This document shows, piece by piece, positions 17,023 through 32,640 of a stretch of 64,000 nucleotides of DNA. The translations under genes were made by a program, and so were the position numbers. Position 1 is the first letter of the stretch, and each line of letters starts with the position of its first letter. The stretch covers positions 30,464,001 to 30,528,000 of the forward strand of contig CP068257.2 of NCBI GenBank assembly GCA_009914755.4, written 5' to 3'. A model generated the notes under the pieces. The model saw only the letters and a program-made list of their open reading frames with translations. It was not told the DNA's origin and searched no databases. The stretch is from the human T2T-CHM13v2.0 reference genome, Homo sapiens.

Positions 17023-17282
17023 TTAAAAAAGTCATTGATGCATTTCAAATATTATCAAATGGTTCTCCTACATAAATTGATATTATCATGTGGTTTTTCT
17101 TCTTTAGATTATTCATATGATGGAGTATTTTGGCTGATTTTTTAAAAATATTTCAATGTCATGATCTTTAGTTTATTATTGCTGTGAATACAATATCTTT
17201 GTATTCTCTGGGGATATAAAACATATTTATTCTAAAGTTCTATTCCTACTGTAATAATGCTCTGTCTTTGGGTATAAGTAAG

Positions 17283-17640
17283 TTTTTTTTTAATTTTGTT
17301 TTTTTCCTTTCCATCTTTTATTTTATGTTCAGGGGATACATGTGCAGGTTTGTCACATGGGTAAATTACATGTCATGGGCGTTTGCTGTACAGATTATTT
17401 TCACACCCAGGTAATGAGCTTGACTTCCTAGGATAAACCCACTTGGTTGTAGTATATTATTCTTTTTCTGTATTATTGTATTCAATTTGTTAATATCTCA
17501 AGATAATTTTTGTATTTATGTTCATGAAAGATACTGGATTTTAGGGTTTTTTTGTAACATTTTTGTCTGGATTTGGTATCAGAGTAATGCTAGGAGGTTT
17601 TCTCTCTTGTTCCTTTATTTTCCTTCAGAACATTTACATA
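17283..17640 (-). mobile_element. Second L1 3'-terminal fragment in minus orientation
   Basis: A poly-T run is followed by ttcaggggatacatgtgcaggtttgtcacatgggtaaattacatgtcatgggcgtttgctgtacagattattttcacacccaggtaatgagc, which is the reverse complement of the extreme L1 3' terminus. Then ...ggataaacccacttggttgtagtatatt...ggtatcagagtaatgctaggagg continues as ORF2-like sequence. Confidence 0.55.
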
Positions 17641-17790
17641 TCGGCCTCTCTCCATAGGAATATAAGCTCCATGAGGGCGGAGGTCTCCTCTCTTTTGCTC
17701 ATTGTTCTAGCCTAAGTGTCCAGAACCATGCATGGACACAGTAAGCAATCAATAAATATTTGTTGCTGAATAAATAAATGTCCTCTGCCT
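17640..17790 (+). mobile_element. MIR/L2-type 3'-tail fragment
   Basis: It reads aatataagctccatgagggcgg...cacagtaagcaatcaataaatatttgttgctgaataaataaatg. Confidence 0.4.
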
Positions 17791-17934
17791 CAGCCAAGCA
17801 AAAAGAAAAAGAAAGAAACTAAAAGGGAAAAGAGCCAGGAGGATCTACCAGGAGGGCTTTTGCTTGAATGGAACTTGGAAATGTGATGATATAAAAATGA
17901 TATTGAAGACAGTGTGCATCAATAACGGAAGGGG

Positions 17935-18180
17935 AAAGACTGCTTTGGAGTCAAACTGCCTGGGTTTGGATCCTATCTCTACCACTGCCCAGCTGTGTGT
18001 CCTTGGACAAATTGATTAGCCTCTTGAAGTTTCCATCTCCTCTTCTGCAAAGTGGAGATAATGATAATACCTGCATAGCAGGGTTGAGATAGGTGATGAT
18101 GTATGCAAGGTCCCTGGCAGTGAGCCAGCACTCAACAGGTGGAAGATATAGTAGCAATAATAGTAGGTTCTTTATTGAAT
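17935..18180 (+). mobile_element. MIR SINE
   Basis: It reads ctgcctgggtttggatcctatctctaccactgcccagctgtgtgtccttggacaaattgattagcctcttgaagtttccatctcctcttctgcaaagtggagataatgataatacctgcatagcagggttg...cactcaacaggtgg. Confidence 0.65.
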
Positions 18181-19625
18181 GGCTGCTAGCAATCTCTTCT
18201 ACAACCAGAAGTGGATCTGAGCTGAGAATGATCTGGAGCACCCTGGAGGGAACTATACCTAGCTGCTTAATACTCTTGAGAGCTAAGAAAGATTTTATTC
18301 TTCTTCAGTTGACCCCAGGTAAGACAGCAAAAGTCACTAGAAAAATCTGAGCTAAGTTATTGACAACCATATCTTCTCTCAGGCCCTATCTCTGACAATT
18401 GACCCACGTTCCAGCTTCTTGGACCTCACCCAGACCCACTTCTTCAGTAGCCTGTCAGGCAACTGGGAGAGCAAACTGCTGCCTTCCTGCAAAAGGGAGC
18501 AAAACCAGGCTCAGAGACCCTCAATAAGAATGCCTGCGTTTTTCAGGTGAAAACTGAAAAAGGGTTGGGAAACTAAGAAATCTGAGCCACATATTTGGTC
18601 ATAGTTATCCTCCAGCTCTGCTGGAAGTCAAATGCCTAAGAGAGAAGACCTGGAACAAGACTAAGTCAGACCGTTCTTCTAGCCTTGGATCTGAAATGGA
18701 TGTGGTTGAAGGAAGAGCAGTGGCCTAGAGGGAGAATGCAGGAGACAGGGAATCCATAAATCCACTGGCAGCATTGTGTGAAACATTAAGCCCAGGTCCA
18801 TCTCATGCTGATCCTCATGGAAACCCCAGAGGCCGGGCTGAGTTCCTTAGCCACACTATGCTGCCACCAGCTTTCACGGGGACACCCCCTCTCAGCCCTC
18901 TACCTCACTGGATCCTGATACCCAGCATGGTGTGAACCCCTCTGCCACACACAGCACACACTTGTTTGCCATTTTGCCAACCAGCATGGGCAAAGCCAAC
19001 TAGAGAGCAGAGTGTTAAATGGTCATTGCCCTTTTGGTTAGACTGAAACATCAAAATGACTTCTCTGAATACATTTGGCTCTAATGTAACTACTATTTCC
19101 CATGAGCAAAATCACAAGTAAAAGTCAACATCACACCAGGACTTTTTAATTTCCAAAGGTGTTTATTTTTCCTCCGAGGACAAGCAGTAGCTTTTTATTT
19201 TGTTTAATTACATACACAGGAGGAAAAAAAGAAACTAGAGATCACTTGAGGTTTCTGTGAGAAACAGGGCTTTCTCCCATCTAAAATGTAGGTTGCATTC
19301 CTGGCTTGACATTTATGCTCTCTGAGTGTGAAACAAGAACCTTGGGAAATTATTGTCCATTTGATGAAGAGCCAGGCTTCCAAGCTTTGGGAGTAGCTGC
19401 TGATTCACTGGAATGGGCATACTTGCTGCTCATGGTCTGGGAAACAGAGATAAAACTGGGGTTGACCTACTGTGCTGTTTTTGGGGCAGCCGAAATCACC
19501 GTCTGCTCTAACTCAGTCTTTCTTCTGATGCATACATGTTAGACCAGACTCCTAGGTCCTAGCCCAACTTGTTACAAGGAAGATATGTTTTTCTTCGTGT
19601 CAATACACCTTTCCCTGGTTGATTA

Positions 19626-19950
<325 letters not shown>

Positions 19951-21483
19951 TTTAGACTGGACACAGGAACTTTTGACTCTGACTCTTACAGAGGAGACTA
20001 CATAAATAAAGGTATTGTAAACAAGTATTTTGGAGGATTGCATGTGATTTCATAATTTTCCCCTTATGTTTTAACATTATATTACATTCTATCACATCTA
20101 AAACTATAAAATCAGATGGCTTCCCATTACCCTCAGCAATGGGAAGATCTTTTCTAAGCAATGGAACTTGTTTTCCTCAAGTGAAACTTTACACGGATCT
20201 CAAATGTATAAAACAGATAGAATTGGAGCTTAAACTAAACTCTTCAGAAGTCACAGAGGAGAGATTGGAACCTTGGCTGATTCAGACATTGCTTAATCTC
20301 CGCTAAAGGAAGAACTAAACATGTGGCAAGATGGGAAGCTTTAGTTGAGCCTAGTTGCTACCATGTTTAAATGATTAGAAGGCCAGAGAGCAAGGAGGAA
20401 GGTGGGCTGGGAGCGTGGCCAATGCATTCCCGGCCGAAGACCCCACCCCCCACCCCTACCCAACACGTGGAAGATCCTTCGTGAAGCTACATGCCCGCTT
20501 CTGGGTTTTGGTCATCCTGTGGAGAAGAGGAGGGGCCCGGACACATTTGCACATGTGGTTCCAATGACTGAAAACCCATCCAAGCCGAATGAGCTGAGTT
20601 TCCCAGAACAGCTGCTGCCCTCCTTTTCAGTCGAGAAATCCTTCTCTGCCTCCTGTGAGGAAGGGAAGCAGGCTCTATAGAAAATGTGCTCTCAATAATG
20701 TTTGCCCATCAAATGAAAACACGACAATCCCTGTGTTCAGGAGAATGAGAACAACTCACAGTGAAGTTGAGATTCTGTTCAAACAAAGTACTTCCTTCCC
20801 CACTTGGCCAGAGCAAACTATCATTTTGGAACCCATCACACTCTCTAAGAAAGACAAGATGTCTCACTCCCAGCAAAGATTTGAGTACAGGCTTATGGGC
20901 GGGGGGCCCTACAGAGTCAGTTAACCTTTCCGGACCTGAGTCCTCTCCCCTGTCAAACTAAGCACAGGGTTGGGCTCAAACATTTCAGAATTTCCAATAA
21001 CAGAAACCAAGGCTCAGTCTGCAGATGCTTTAAAGCACTTAGCTTTAAGACGTTCAGAGAATGAGCTCACATTCAAAAAACTACAGAACTGAAAAGAACC
21101 ATGGATGTTCCTGTATTCAAAATCCCTACATCAGGTTGATGGTCTTTCCTATGTGTCACCTTGGCAGGCTGTAGTATCCAACGGTTTAATCCAACACTGA
21201 CCTAGGTGTTGCTGCGAAGGTGTTTTGTGGATGTGATTAACATCTACAATCAGATGACCTAAAATAATGGAGACTATCCTTGATAATATGAGTGGGCTTC
21301 ATCTAATCTGTTGAAGACTTTAAGAGAAAAACAGGTTTTCCAGAGAAGAAAGTCTGCCTCGAGACTGTGACATAGAAACTTTACCTGAGTTTCCAGCCTG
21401 CTGGCCTGCCCTAGAGACTTCAGACTTGCCATCACCACAGTGGCATGCAGGAGCCAATTTCCTAAAATAAAATCTCTCTCCCG

Positions 21484-21709
21484 CTCTGTCTCTCTCCCTC
21501 TCTTTCTCTCTCTCTCTCTATATATATATATCATATATATAATATACATTATATTATTATATATAATAATATATGTGTGTGTATGTTATCTATCATCTAT
21601 CATCTACCTACCTACCATCTATAATTCTATCTACCTATACATCTATTATCTATCTATCTATCTACCTATCATCTATCTAGCCATCTATCATCTATCTACC
21701 TATTGTCTG

Positions 21710-21753
<44 letters not shown>

Positions 21754-21754
21754 C
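21484..21754. repeat. Compound microsatellite of (CT)n, (TA)n and (TATC/ATCT)n, ending in a perfect (ATCT)11
   Basis: The (CT)n block reads ctctctctccctctctttctctctctctctc. It is followed by tatatatatat..., then an interrupted TATC/TACC array, then the run ctatctatct... at 21711-21754. Confidence 0.9.
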
Positions 21755-22934
21755 AATCCTATTGCTTCTGTTTCTCTGGAGAACCTTGACTGATATACCA
21801 GGACTCTTCAAGGCAAATAGTCTGAGATCATATTATTCCTAAGAAACAGAGGCAAGACCAGGGTCCAAATCTCCTTGGACTCATTCCATGTTCTTTCACC
21901 AGGATGCACAGCTTTTCAACTACCCTGCTATAACCTAAAAATACAACTTAAAAGGAACCTCATTTTCTGAAAGAATTAAGAGATAATTCCAGCTGAGCAG
22001 CATTTTTCACCCTGACCCATAGGAATGAAAACGCTGTAGTTTGCAACCTGAAATACACATATATACAGAGGCACATTTAGCATGTTAACAAAACAAAAAA
22101 TTCCTGAAATAAGACTTTTCAGATGTAATGCATTTGATAACTTCTATGTTACTCTCTTTTCCTTCATTTTTTGAAAATGCTAGTCATAGCCATTAAATTA
22201 CTTATGTGAGCCTAAATTGCCCACTGTGGCGGGTGCCTCTGGTGCTCATAACCCATCTGTGAGCCACCTCTGATTTCAGTCACAGTGGTGGTAGACTCCC
22301 ATGTGAGTTCAGATTCACTTTATTCATAGCGTCTCCCCTGAGGCATGCTGTACACATCGTTCTGCTTTGAGCTCCAGGGTCTTGTGGTAGCTCCTATGGC
22401 TCCCACACAAGTATAGCCTGAGAGTGTGGGAGAGTTAATGTTCTACGGGGCAGTCCTCATCCAGTGGGGAGAGCAGTTGGTGTAGAGTGGCCCAGCCTCC
22501 CACCCTTCTAGCAGCCCATCTGGGGAGGTGTTCTGTACACTCCTCAGGAGGACTTGGAGAGCTGAGCTCCATGCTCATGGCAGTGACCTTGGTAATGCAC
22601 CTGCTTCCTCCCTGCTGGTTCCTGGGATCACCTCTCGATCAATGAGCTGCCCCAAGTCTATGCCCCAGGCTTCACTTTCAAGAAAATCTGAACCAAGACC
22701 CAGCATCCCTGTCACTGAGGGAACTTTCTACAACCCCCCTTCAGATGGTCACCAGTATTTGCTAGAATCTCCAGGGATGACAGGAGTTTGTATACCTCAA
22801 TTAAGTCTTACCATTGCTGGACAAAAGAGGGGGACAGGAAAAGGGAGCCTGGAGGTAACCAGGGCCTTCCACGGGTTAAGCACTGCTCTAGTTTATTTTT
22901 TCACTTTCATTGTCGAGAAGTAGTTTCTCTTTTT

Positions 22935-23381
<447 letters not shown>

Positions 23382-23765
23382 TTTATAATGGCTTTATTGA
23401 GAAATTTACATACTATACAATTCATTCATGTAAAGTGTTCAATTCAATAGTTTTTTTAATACAGTCACAGAGTTGTGCAACCATTGCCCCAATTTTAGAA
23501 TGTCCTCATTACACCGAAAAGAAACCCCATACCCGTTAACAGTCACTCCCCATTTCCCTCCACACCTGAGCCCTAGGCAACCACTAATCTACTTTTCTGT
23601 CTCTATGGATTTGCCTATCCTGGATATTTCACATAAATGGAATCATGCTACATGTGGATTTTTGTGATTGGCTTCTTTTGCTTAGTATAACATTTTCAAG
23701 GTTCATCCGTGTTGCAGCATGTCCTGTAAGACAATGCCACCTTAGTCATTTTTGCTAGATCTTCT
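23382..23765 (-). mobile_element. Old L1 3' end in minus orientation
   Basis: It reads tttataatggctttattgagaaatttacatactatacaattcattcatgtaaagtgttcaattcaatagttttt..cacagagttgtgcaaccattgcccc..aaagaaaccccatacccgttaacagtcactcccc...caaccactaatctacttttctgtctctatggatttgcctatcctggatatttcacataaatggaatcatgctacatgtgg...cttagtataacattttcaaggttcatccgtgttgcagcatgtc. Confidence 0.75.
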
Positions 23766-23769
23766 GGGT

Positions 23770-24535
23770 AACTTGCTGCAGCTTCTCCATCAGCACTTGC
23801 TGCTTTACCTCCTACTTTTATGTTATAGAGATGGCTTCTTTCCTTAAACTTCATGAATCAACTTCTGTTGGCTTCACACTTTTCTTCTGCAGCTTCCTCA
23901 CCTCTCATAGACTTCATAGAATTTAAGAGAGTTAGGGCCTTGCTCTGAATTAGGCTTTGGCTTAAGGGAATGTTGTGGTTAGTTTGATCTTCTATCCAGA
24001 CCATTAAAACTTTCTTCATATCAGCAATAAGGCTGTCTCTCTCTCTCTTTTTTAATCATTTGTGTGTTCACTGGAGTAGCACTTTTAATTTCCTTAATGA
24101 ACTTTTCTTTTGTATACACAATTTGTCAAACTAGCACAAGAGATCTAGCTTTTAGCCCATCTTGGCTTTTGACATGCTTTCCTAAGTTTAATCATTTCTA
24201 GCTTTTGATGCAAAGTAAGAGATATACAATTCTTCCTTTCACTTTAACACTTAGAGCCCACTGTTGGGTTATTAATTGGCCTAATTTCAATATTTTTGTG
24301 TGTCAGTGAATAGGGAGGCCCACAGAGAGGGAGAGAGATAAGGGAATGGTTTTTCGGTGGAGCAGTAAGAACAGACACAACATTCATCAATTAAGTTTGT
24401 CATCTCATATAAGAATGGTTCATGGTGCCCTAAAACAATTACAATGATAACATCAAAGATCACTGATTACATACCACCATAACAGATATAATAACAATGA
24501 AAAATTTGAAATATTGTGAGAATTACCAAAATGAG
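23770..24535 (-). mobile_element. Tigger1 (pogo/Tc1-mariner) DNA-transposon fragment with a degenerate transposase N-terminal region
   Basis: It contains gaatttaagagagttagggccttgctctgaattaggctttggcttaagggaatgttgtggttagtttgatcttctatccagaccattaaaactttcttcatatcagcaataaggctgt. Further on it reads ...cactttaacacttagagcccactgttgggttattaattggcctaatttcaatatttttgtgt and ...gttcatggtgccctaaaacaattacaatgataacatcaaagatcactgattacataccaccataacagatataataacaatgaaaaatttgaaatattgtgagaattaccaaaatg. Confidence 0.7.
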
Positions 24536-24654
24536 GACAAGAAAGGAGAGGTGAATTCTTCCAGGTCACAGGAGTAGATGGTAACAGATCGAGAATTAGG
24601 ATCCAGGTCTTACAATTCCTACTTTCTTCTTCTTTCGCATCCTTACTGAATCAT

Positions 24655-24982
24655 TTCTTTCTTTCTTTCTTTCTTTTTTTTTTTTTTTTTTTTTTGAGAC
24701 AGAGTCTTACTCCGTTGCCCAGTGTGGAGTGCAATGATGCAATCTCGGCTCGGCTCACTGCAACTTCTGCCTCCGGGGTTCAAGCGATTCTCCTGCCTCA
24801 GCCTCCTGAGTAGCTGGGACTACAGGCACACGCCACCACCACCAGCTAATTTTTATATTTTTAGTAGAGATGGGGTTTCACCATGTTGACCAGGCTGGTC
24901 TCAAACTCCTGACCTCAAGTATCTGCCTGCCTTGGCCTCCCAAAGTGCTGGGATTATAGGCGTGAACCACCACATCCAGCCC
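24655..24982 (-). mobile_element. Alu SINE with a (TTTC)n/T22 tail
   Basis: It reads tttgagacagagtcttactccgttgcccagtgtggagtgcaatgatgcaatctcggctcggctcactgcaac...gggattataggcgtgaaccaccacatccagcc. Confidence 0.9.
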
Positions 24983-26418
24983 TGAATAATTTCTTAAAGA
25001 ACAGCAATCATCCCAAACACACTGTCATTAACCTCTAATGACAACTTCCTGGCAATCCAAGAGGAGCACCCCTGAGCACTCCAAATTCTCTTTTGTGTCT
25101 TTTTTTTTTTTTTTTTCAGTGAATTGGCTTAATGACAGGGGCTCTTGGCTCCTTGTAAATTCAGTTCTTCCAGATGGTTCTTTAGCTCCTGTTTTGGCCC
25201 CGTGGCTAATGAGTTCGAGATCTGCTGATGAGAATGGGAGTATTGGAGAGCCTCTGAGAGAAGCAAATGACGTCTCTGATGATGCATGACCTCATCACAG
25301 TGCTTGGTGGACTTAAAAAAGCTCTTCCAAGTCACTCAGATTATTTCCCCTGGTATAGATCTGGCCCAAAATATCCAACAGACCATTCCCAGTGTACTTT
25401 TCAAGGCTGAGATTCTGCTAAGATAGTGATCTTGGGAAATGCAGCCATTATTACTTAATAAGAGTTGGTACCTTTGTGCTTTGACAGACAAAATCTTCCC
25501 TGTTCATTAAGGGTAAAAATAAGAATTTATCAAAATTATTTTCTTAGCCCTGACACTAACACTTTTTGCTCCAATAATTCTTAAAGCTAGAGACGCACCT
25601 CATTTTTGTGTCTGGAGAAAAGCAAGCACATGGATTTGGGAATCAGAAAACCCAGATGATGGGAAAACTTTCCCAGTCCCCAACTGTATGATGTTGAGTG
25701 AGTCACCCAACCTAATTGAGTTTCAGATTCTTCAGCTGGGAAACAGCAATTGTAATAATAATAGCTATGTCACAGGCTGATATTACATGTAGCAAAGGAA
25801 TAATTTAAATCAAAAATAAAAACATTAAATGTCTTCCAACTTGCTTGTTGGGAAAGGTTGATCAAAAAAGATGAGCAAATGGAGAAAACCAGGCACCCAG
25901 ATCTTGAGGAACCAGCCCCAGCCAATTCCGCCTTGTCTGCGTGTAATCTATGTCTACTGCAAAACACTTCTTCCTTAGACCTCAGATGCCATGAAAATTC
26001 ACTTCAGGATTGATTTTGTGCTTTCAGATTTTGCACATAAGGAAACAGTGGAGCAGGGACTAATGGCTCAAAATTGCACAGCAAATCAGCTGGGAAACAT
26101 ATGTGGATCCACCCACCTCCCGAGTGCTTTCCCATCTGAATCTCAAGGCCTCAGGATGTCATGTGATCTTTCTTGGTAGACCAGCTGGATTTCCATTTGT
26201 CTCTGGGCTCAGGATTTTGTATCATTTTTGACAGGCACTCCAGGGTCCTTTTGAGCGCAGGTATGTTTTTAAATATACTCCTTTTAAAAAGCAAGCTCAT
26301 GAATCCAATCATTTATCAAGGGTGGCAAAAAAAAAAAAAAAAGCTGACTCAATTTAACATATCAAAAGAAACAGAGTTTCCCCTCCCACCTTTTAGGCAA
26401 CTTAAAATCTATCAGACT

Positions 26419-26775
<357 letters not shown>

Positions 26776-29700
26776 TTATGAGCTTCTTTCTCGTCATCTG
26801 TCCTCCCCAAGCCTTTCTCAGTTAAAACAGACATGTGGGATTTAAGACTTTGCCCCAAAGAGAAAAAAGACAGAATCAAGCAAAAACGGACTGAAGGGAA
26901 ATTAGATTTTTCAGAGAAGTGAGAAAACCAGGGTGGCCCATGCAGAACAAGCTCTCTGCTGTCACGGGCTTGTTAATCACTCGAGGCACAACCTCTGAGT
27001 GCTGAGCCCCTAGTTGGTGCCCCCTCCATGGGCACTGGATGGTGTCCTGCAGGCCTAGCGGGAAGTCATCACCTGGGACTTCCCCTGAGCAGCTTCTGCA
27101 GCCTCACTCTGGGCTGCATTTAAAACTTTCAACCTGGAAGATAAACACTAGGACCCAAAGGGATTGATCTGGGGGGCCTGGAGCAAGCAGACAAGGTCAG
27201 GGGCTGGAGGGAAATGAAACCACTTTTGCAAAATTGAGACTGAGACAGTGAATGAGATCTAACTTAACCAAATCCATCTTGCTTCTAACCTCCAAGCTGT
27301 CCTTGTTCATTCCTGGGCATAGGCTGAACTAACTTTGGGAGAAACTTAGATTATAGTTTATAAAAACAAAGATGTTTAAAACTGCCCTTTAAAACAGGCC
27401 TTTCCCAAAGCAGACCTCCTTCTTGCCTGGGGACTAAGCAAGAATTGCCTTTGTAGGACTAACATTAGCCAGAAGATTAGAAATTATGGTTTAGGAGTCA
27501 TGCAGCTGGAGGTTACAAGAGTCTGACCCTCCCTAAACCGCTCCTAAGATCAGTGCTTGAGACATTTTGCAGACGCTACACTTGATGGATCAGCTGGCAC
27601 CATCCAGATTGATAAACTGAGTCGTCTGATCTTGTGGCCTCCACCCAGGAACTCAGTGCAAGAAGACAGCTTCCACTCCCTATGATTTCATCTCTGACCA
27701 ATCAGCACTCCCAGCTCACTAGCTTCCCCCCACTCTCCAAGTTGTCCTTAAAAAGTCTGCTTTCGGAATGCTCAGGAAGACTGATTTGAGTAATAATAAA
27801 ACTCCGGTCTCCTGCACAGCTGGCTCTGCATCAAGTACTTTTTCTCTGTTGCAATTCCCCTGTCTTGATAAATTGGCTCTGTCTAGGCAGCAGGCAAGGT
27901 AAACCCCTTGGGCAGTTACAGAAAGGGCAGTCAGATGTGGAGGTCTCCCACCTTCTGCTACCCCCAGGTCTACCAGCAGGGTGGAGGATGGGCTCAGAGG
28001 CATTGGGGAAAGGGAGAGAGAAAGATGGGATGAGGGTTGTGGAGAGAAGGAAGAGAGGGGAGAGAGATGAAACAAACAGGTACACAAAGACAAAGGGGAA
28101 ATGAAAGATGGAAGAGGGAGGAGAAAGGAATCACTTGAGAATCACAAGTTAAAAGAGAAGTTTCTCTCAAGAGCTCTGAAACCAAAACCACACGAACTTG
28201 CCTTGAATTCTTATTTTCTAAAATTAACAGCAGAGCTTCAGAAATACCGTAGTTTCTGAGGAGTGCAGCTTTAAAGGTATCTGCATTCCCTTCAGGTCCA
28301 AAGGGGATCTGCAAAACCACCTCTCTCTCCCTCTGTACCCCAGAAGCAGCTTCCGTTTGCAAAAGAGGCTGCCTTTTATATTCTTTTACAATGTTAATAT
28401 TTGTTTTGCTCCATTGGTTTGTTTTGGCTTTTCTAAAGTGCTGATGAGCCGCCGTTGTATGAGTTCTGCCGATACTCTAGTTTCAACCACAATTTGGAAT
28501 GTTAGGGATCGGAAGATGATCCGAGGAAGGGAAGGGGTCACTGAGTAGAGGAGTATAAGGGCGAACTCTTAGCTATCCTTTATGCATGAAAATTTAAAGT
28601 ATATCAAGTTCAGCCAACACTCTAAGCTCTAGTCACCTGCTCTATTCAATAGTCCTGTCCCCTAGAGATTATCTTGTGTTTCAAGTATTTGCTTACTTTT
28701 CATGGGCTTTATACTTTTGGCTGAAAATGTTGCTGCAAAGATGTGGGCAGGATTAAATGACCACATGAGGTTTCAAAGGGCTCCCAGTAATTCTCCACTC
28801 CCAAAGAGGCTGACACCTGATCTTTGAAAGGCTTCTGCCCAAGCATTGGATTTGAGGACTGGAAAGGGTATCCGCCTTCAACCTATCATTTTACAGATCA
28901 GGAAATATTTACAAATCAGGAGCAGAGAGAGATTCTGTAACATATTCATACCCAAACAGCCAGTCCATGCCATGGTGAAGACTAGATGCTGAGATTCTTT
29001 GGGGAGGGAAGTCAGCAGTCCTGTGTTTATGTGTCCTACCACACTGCCCTCCAACAGGGGATGGTGCTTCGGAAGCAACCTCCCAGAGGAACATCTTAAG
29101 TCAAAAAGATGGTATCTTAGTGCTTGAAAGAAGCAATGCACAATCTGGTCAGTGGAGTGATGAAACCTAAGTGTCTGGGGGTAAGAAAAGGAACTGAGTA
29201 TCAGGAAGAAAATGGAAATTTGCAGTCTCAGGATTTGGAGGTCCAAGAACCCAGGACAGCAGGGATGTGGGTGAGATTAAAAATAAGATCAGTGCAAGGA
29301 ATAGCTACATCGTCCCAGATCTATGCAGTGAAGGGACTGTATCCCTCCCTAACCTAGACCTCCCCAGATCTATGTAGCCAGGAGATTGTTCCTCCCTAAC
29401 CTGGTAGAAAACTGCAGCAGAGTTTACTCCCTGGAGAGGTTGAACCCAAGTGCCTTTGACCTCAGAGACATCAGGAGTACCTCAGAGAGGCATGAGATTC
29501 TGTACTAAGAACAAGGGAATTAGGTGAAGGCGGGCATGCTCTTTGTCCATTCTTGAGCTCCCAAACACTAGATCCAGACTTATACCCCAACCCAGTCAGA
29601 AAAACACCCTTTGCCAGCAAGACTAAACTGTCTTGTCTAGTGGGAAAGGCCTACAGGTACTGACACTTAGCTATCCGTAGCGAAATGACAGGGTTCCTGG

Positions 29701-29789
29701 CCAATCTCCCAGGACCAGGTCTACCAGTCAATGGTGGACATTCCATACATGACAGAGATTTTACTCTCAATGCAGTTCTGTGCTTTGCT

Positions 29790-29960
29790 TTAAAAAAATT
29801 ATTTGTATTGAGGTGAAATTCAAGTAACATAAAAGCAATCATTTTAAAGTGAACAATCAGTGGTATTTAGCACATTCTCAATGCTGTGCAACCACCACCT
29901 CTATCTAGGTCCAAGACATTCATCACTCTGGAAGGAAACCCCTGTGCTTCACCTTCCACT
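29790..29960 (-). mobile_element. L1 3'-terminal fragment in minus orientation
   Basis: It reads gaggtgaaattcaagtaacataaaagcaatcattttaaagtgaacaatcagtggtatttagcacattctcaatgctgtgcaaccaccacctctatctaggtccaag, with the same architecture as 23382-23480. Confidence 0.5.
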
Positions 29961-30079
29961 GTGGGCAACCGGGAGTCACCAAACATTAGAGGAAAAGCTT
30001 CTGACATGAATGACAAACGAAAAAGACAACAGACAGGAGGAATGCAAAGGAAACAGAGAGCGAGAAGAGCAGAATGAAA

Positions 30080-31142
<1,063 letters not shown>

Positions 31143-31203
31143 CTGGAAGCAAATTTTTAAAACAAGATGATATGAAGTCAAGGAAATAAAGGATTCAACA
31201 TGG

Positions 31204-31695
<492 letters not shown>

Positions 31696-31861
31696 TTAAG
31701 ATCTGGTAGACGCCATGAATTAACGTAAATACAAAGAAAATTAAGCAAATAGAAAAATGAGGCCATTATTAATTCTAGGAAAACAAAAGCTCTGCATGAG
31801 AAAGAAAAGGAAGCATGGTCAACTACATGGTTCAGAAGTATTTACGTGGTCAAAATAGTAC

Positions 31862-32110
31862 AACATCTGGATATTGATTTTTTTTAATTTTTAATTTTTG
31901 TGGGTACATGGTAGGTGTATAGGTTGATGGGGTACATGAAATGTTTTGATACAGGCCTGGAATGCATAATGATCCCATCATGGAGAATGGGGTATCCATC
32001 CCCTCAAGCATTATCTTTGCATTACAAACATCCAATTATACTCTTTTAGTTATTTTAAAACGTACAAGTAAGTTATTATTGACTACAGTCACCCTGCTGT
32101 GCTATCAAAT
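31862..32110 (-). mobile_element. L1 3'-terminal fragment in minus orientation
   Basis: It reads ttttttaatttttaatttttgtgggtacatggtaggtgtataggttgatggggtacatgaaatgttttgatacaggcctggaatgcataatgatcccatcatggagaatggggtatccatcccctcaagcattatctttgcattacaaacatccaattatactcttttagttattttaaaacgtacaagtaagttattattgactacagtcaccctgctgtgctatcaaatagcaggtcttattcattc. Confidence 0.55.
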
Positions 32111-32340
32111 AGCAGGTCTTATTCATTCTTTCTATTTCTTATAGCCTGATTACTGATTTGATCAAACATTGTTGTATAACTATATCAGAAGGCTCCGAAG
32201 GCAGAGGAAGTGTGGGTGAGCACTGGGGGAGTGAGTCTGGTATAAAAGTATCCAGAGTGAAGAAATCAAGAAATGGTAATATACACATGTTATTGAGAAA
32301 CCCAGAGGTAAAGACCATAAGAAGCGTTTAAAAAGACTTG

Positions 32341-32640
<300 letters not shown>

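Noticed and set aside
21484-21754. Regularly spaced short repeats considered as a possible CRISPR-like array
   Set aside because: The units are 4 bp, (ATCT)n, with no spacer-sized unique inserts. It is a eukaryotic microsatellite in an Alu, L1 and LTR context. A CRISPR array is not plausible in primate nuclear DNA.
21440-21793. ORF of 117 aa reading YIYIIYIIY…LSIYLSIYLSIYL
   Set aside because: It is a translation of the (TA)n/(TATC)n microsatellite.
27720-28362. Dense bidirectional ORFs of 122-124 aa with SLSL/GEREK-rich peptides
   Set aside because: They overlie a GA/CT-rich low-complexity stretch, gggagagagaaagatgggatgagg…. Both strands are open by composition, and this is not coding.
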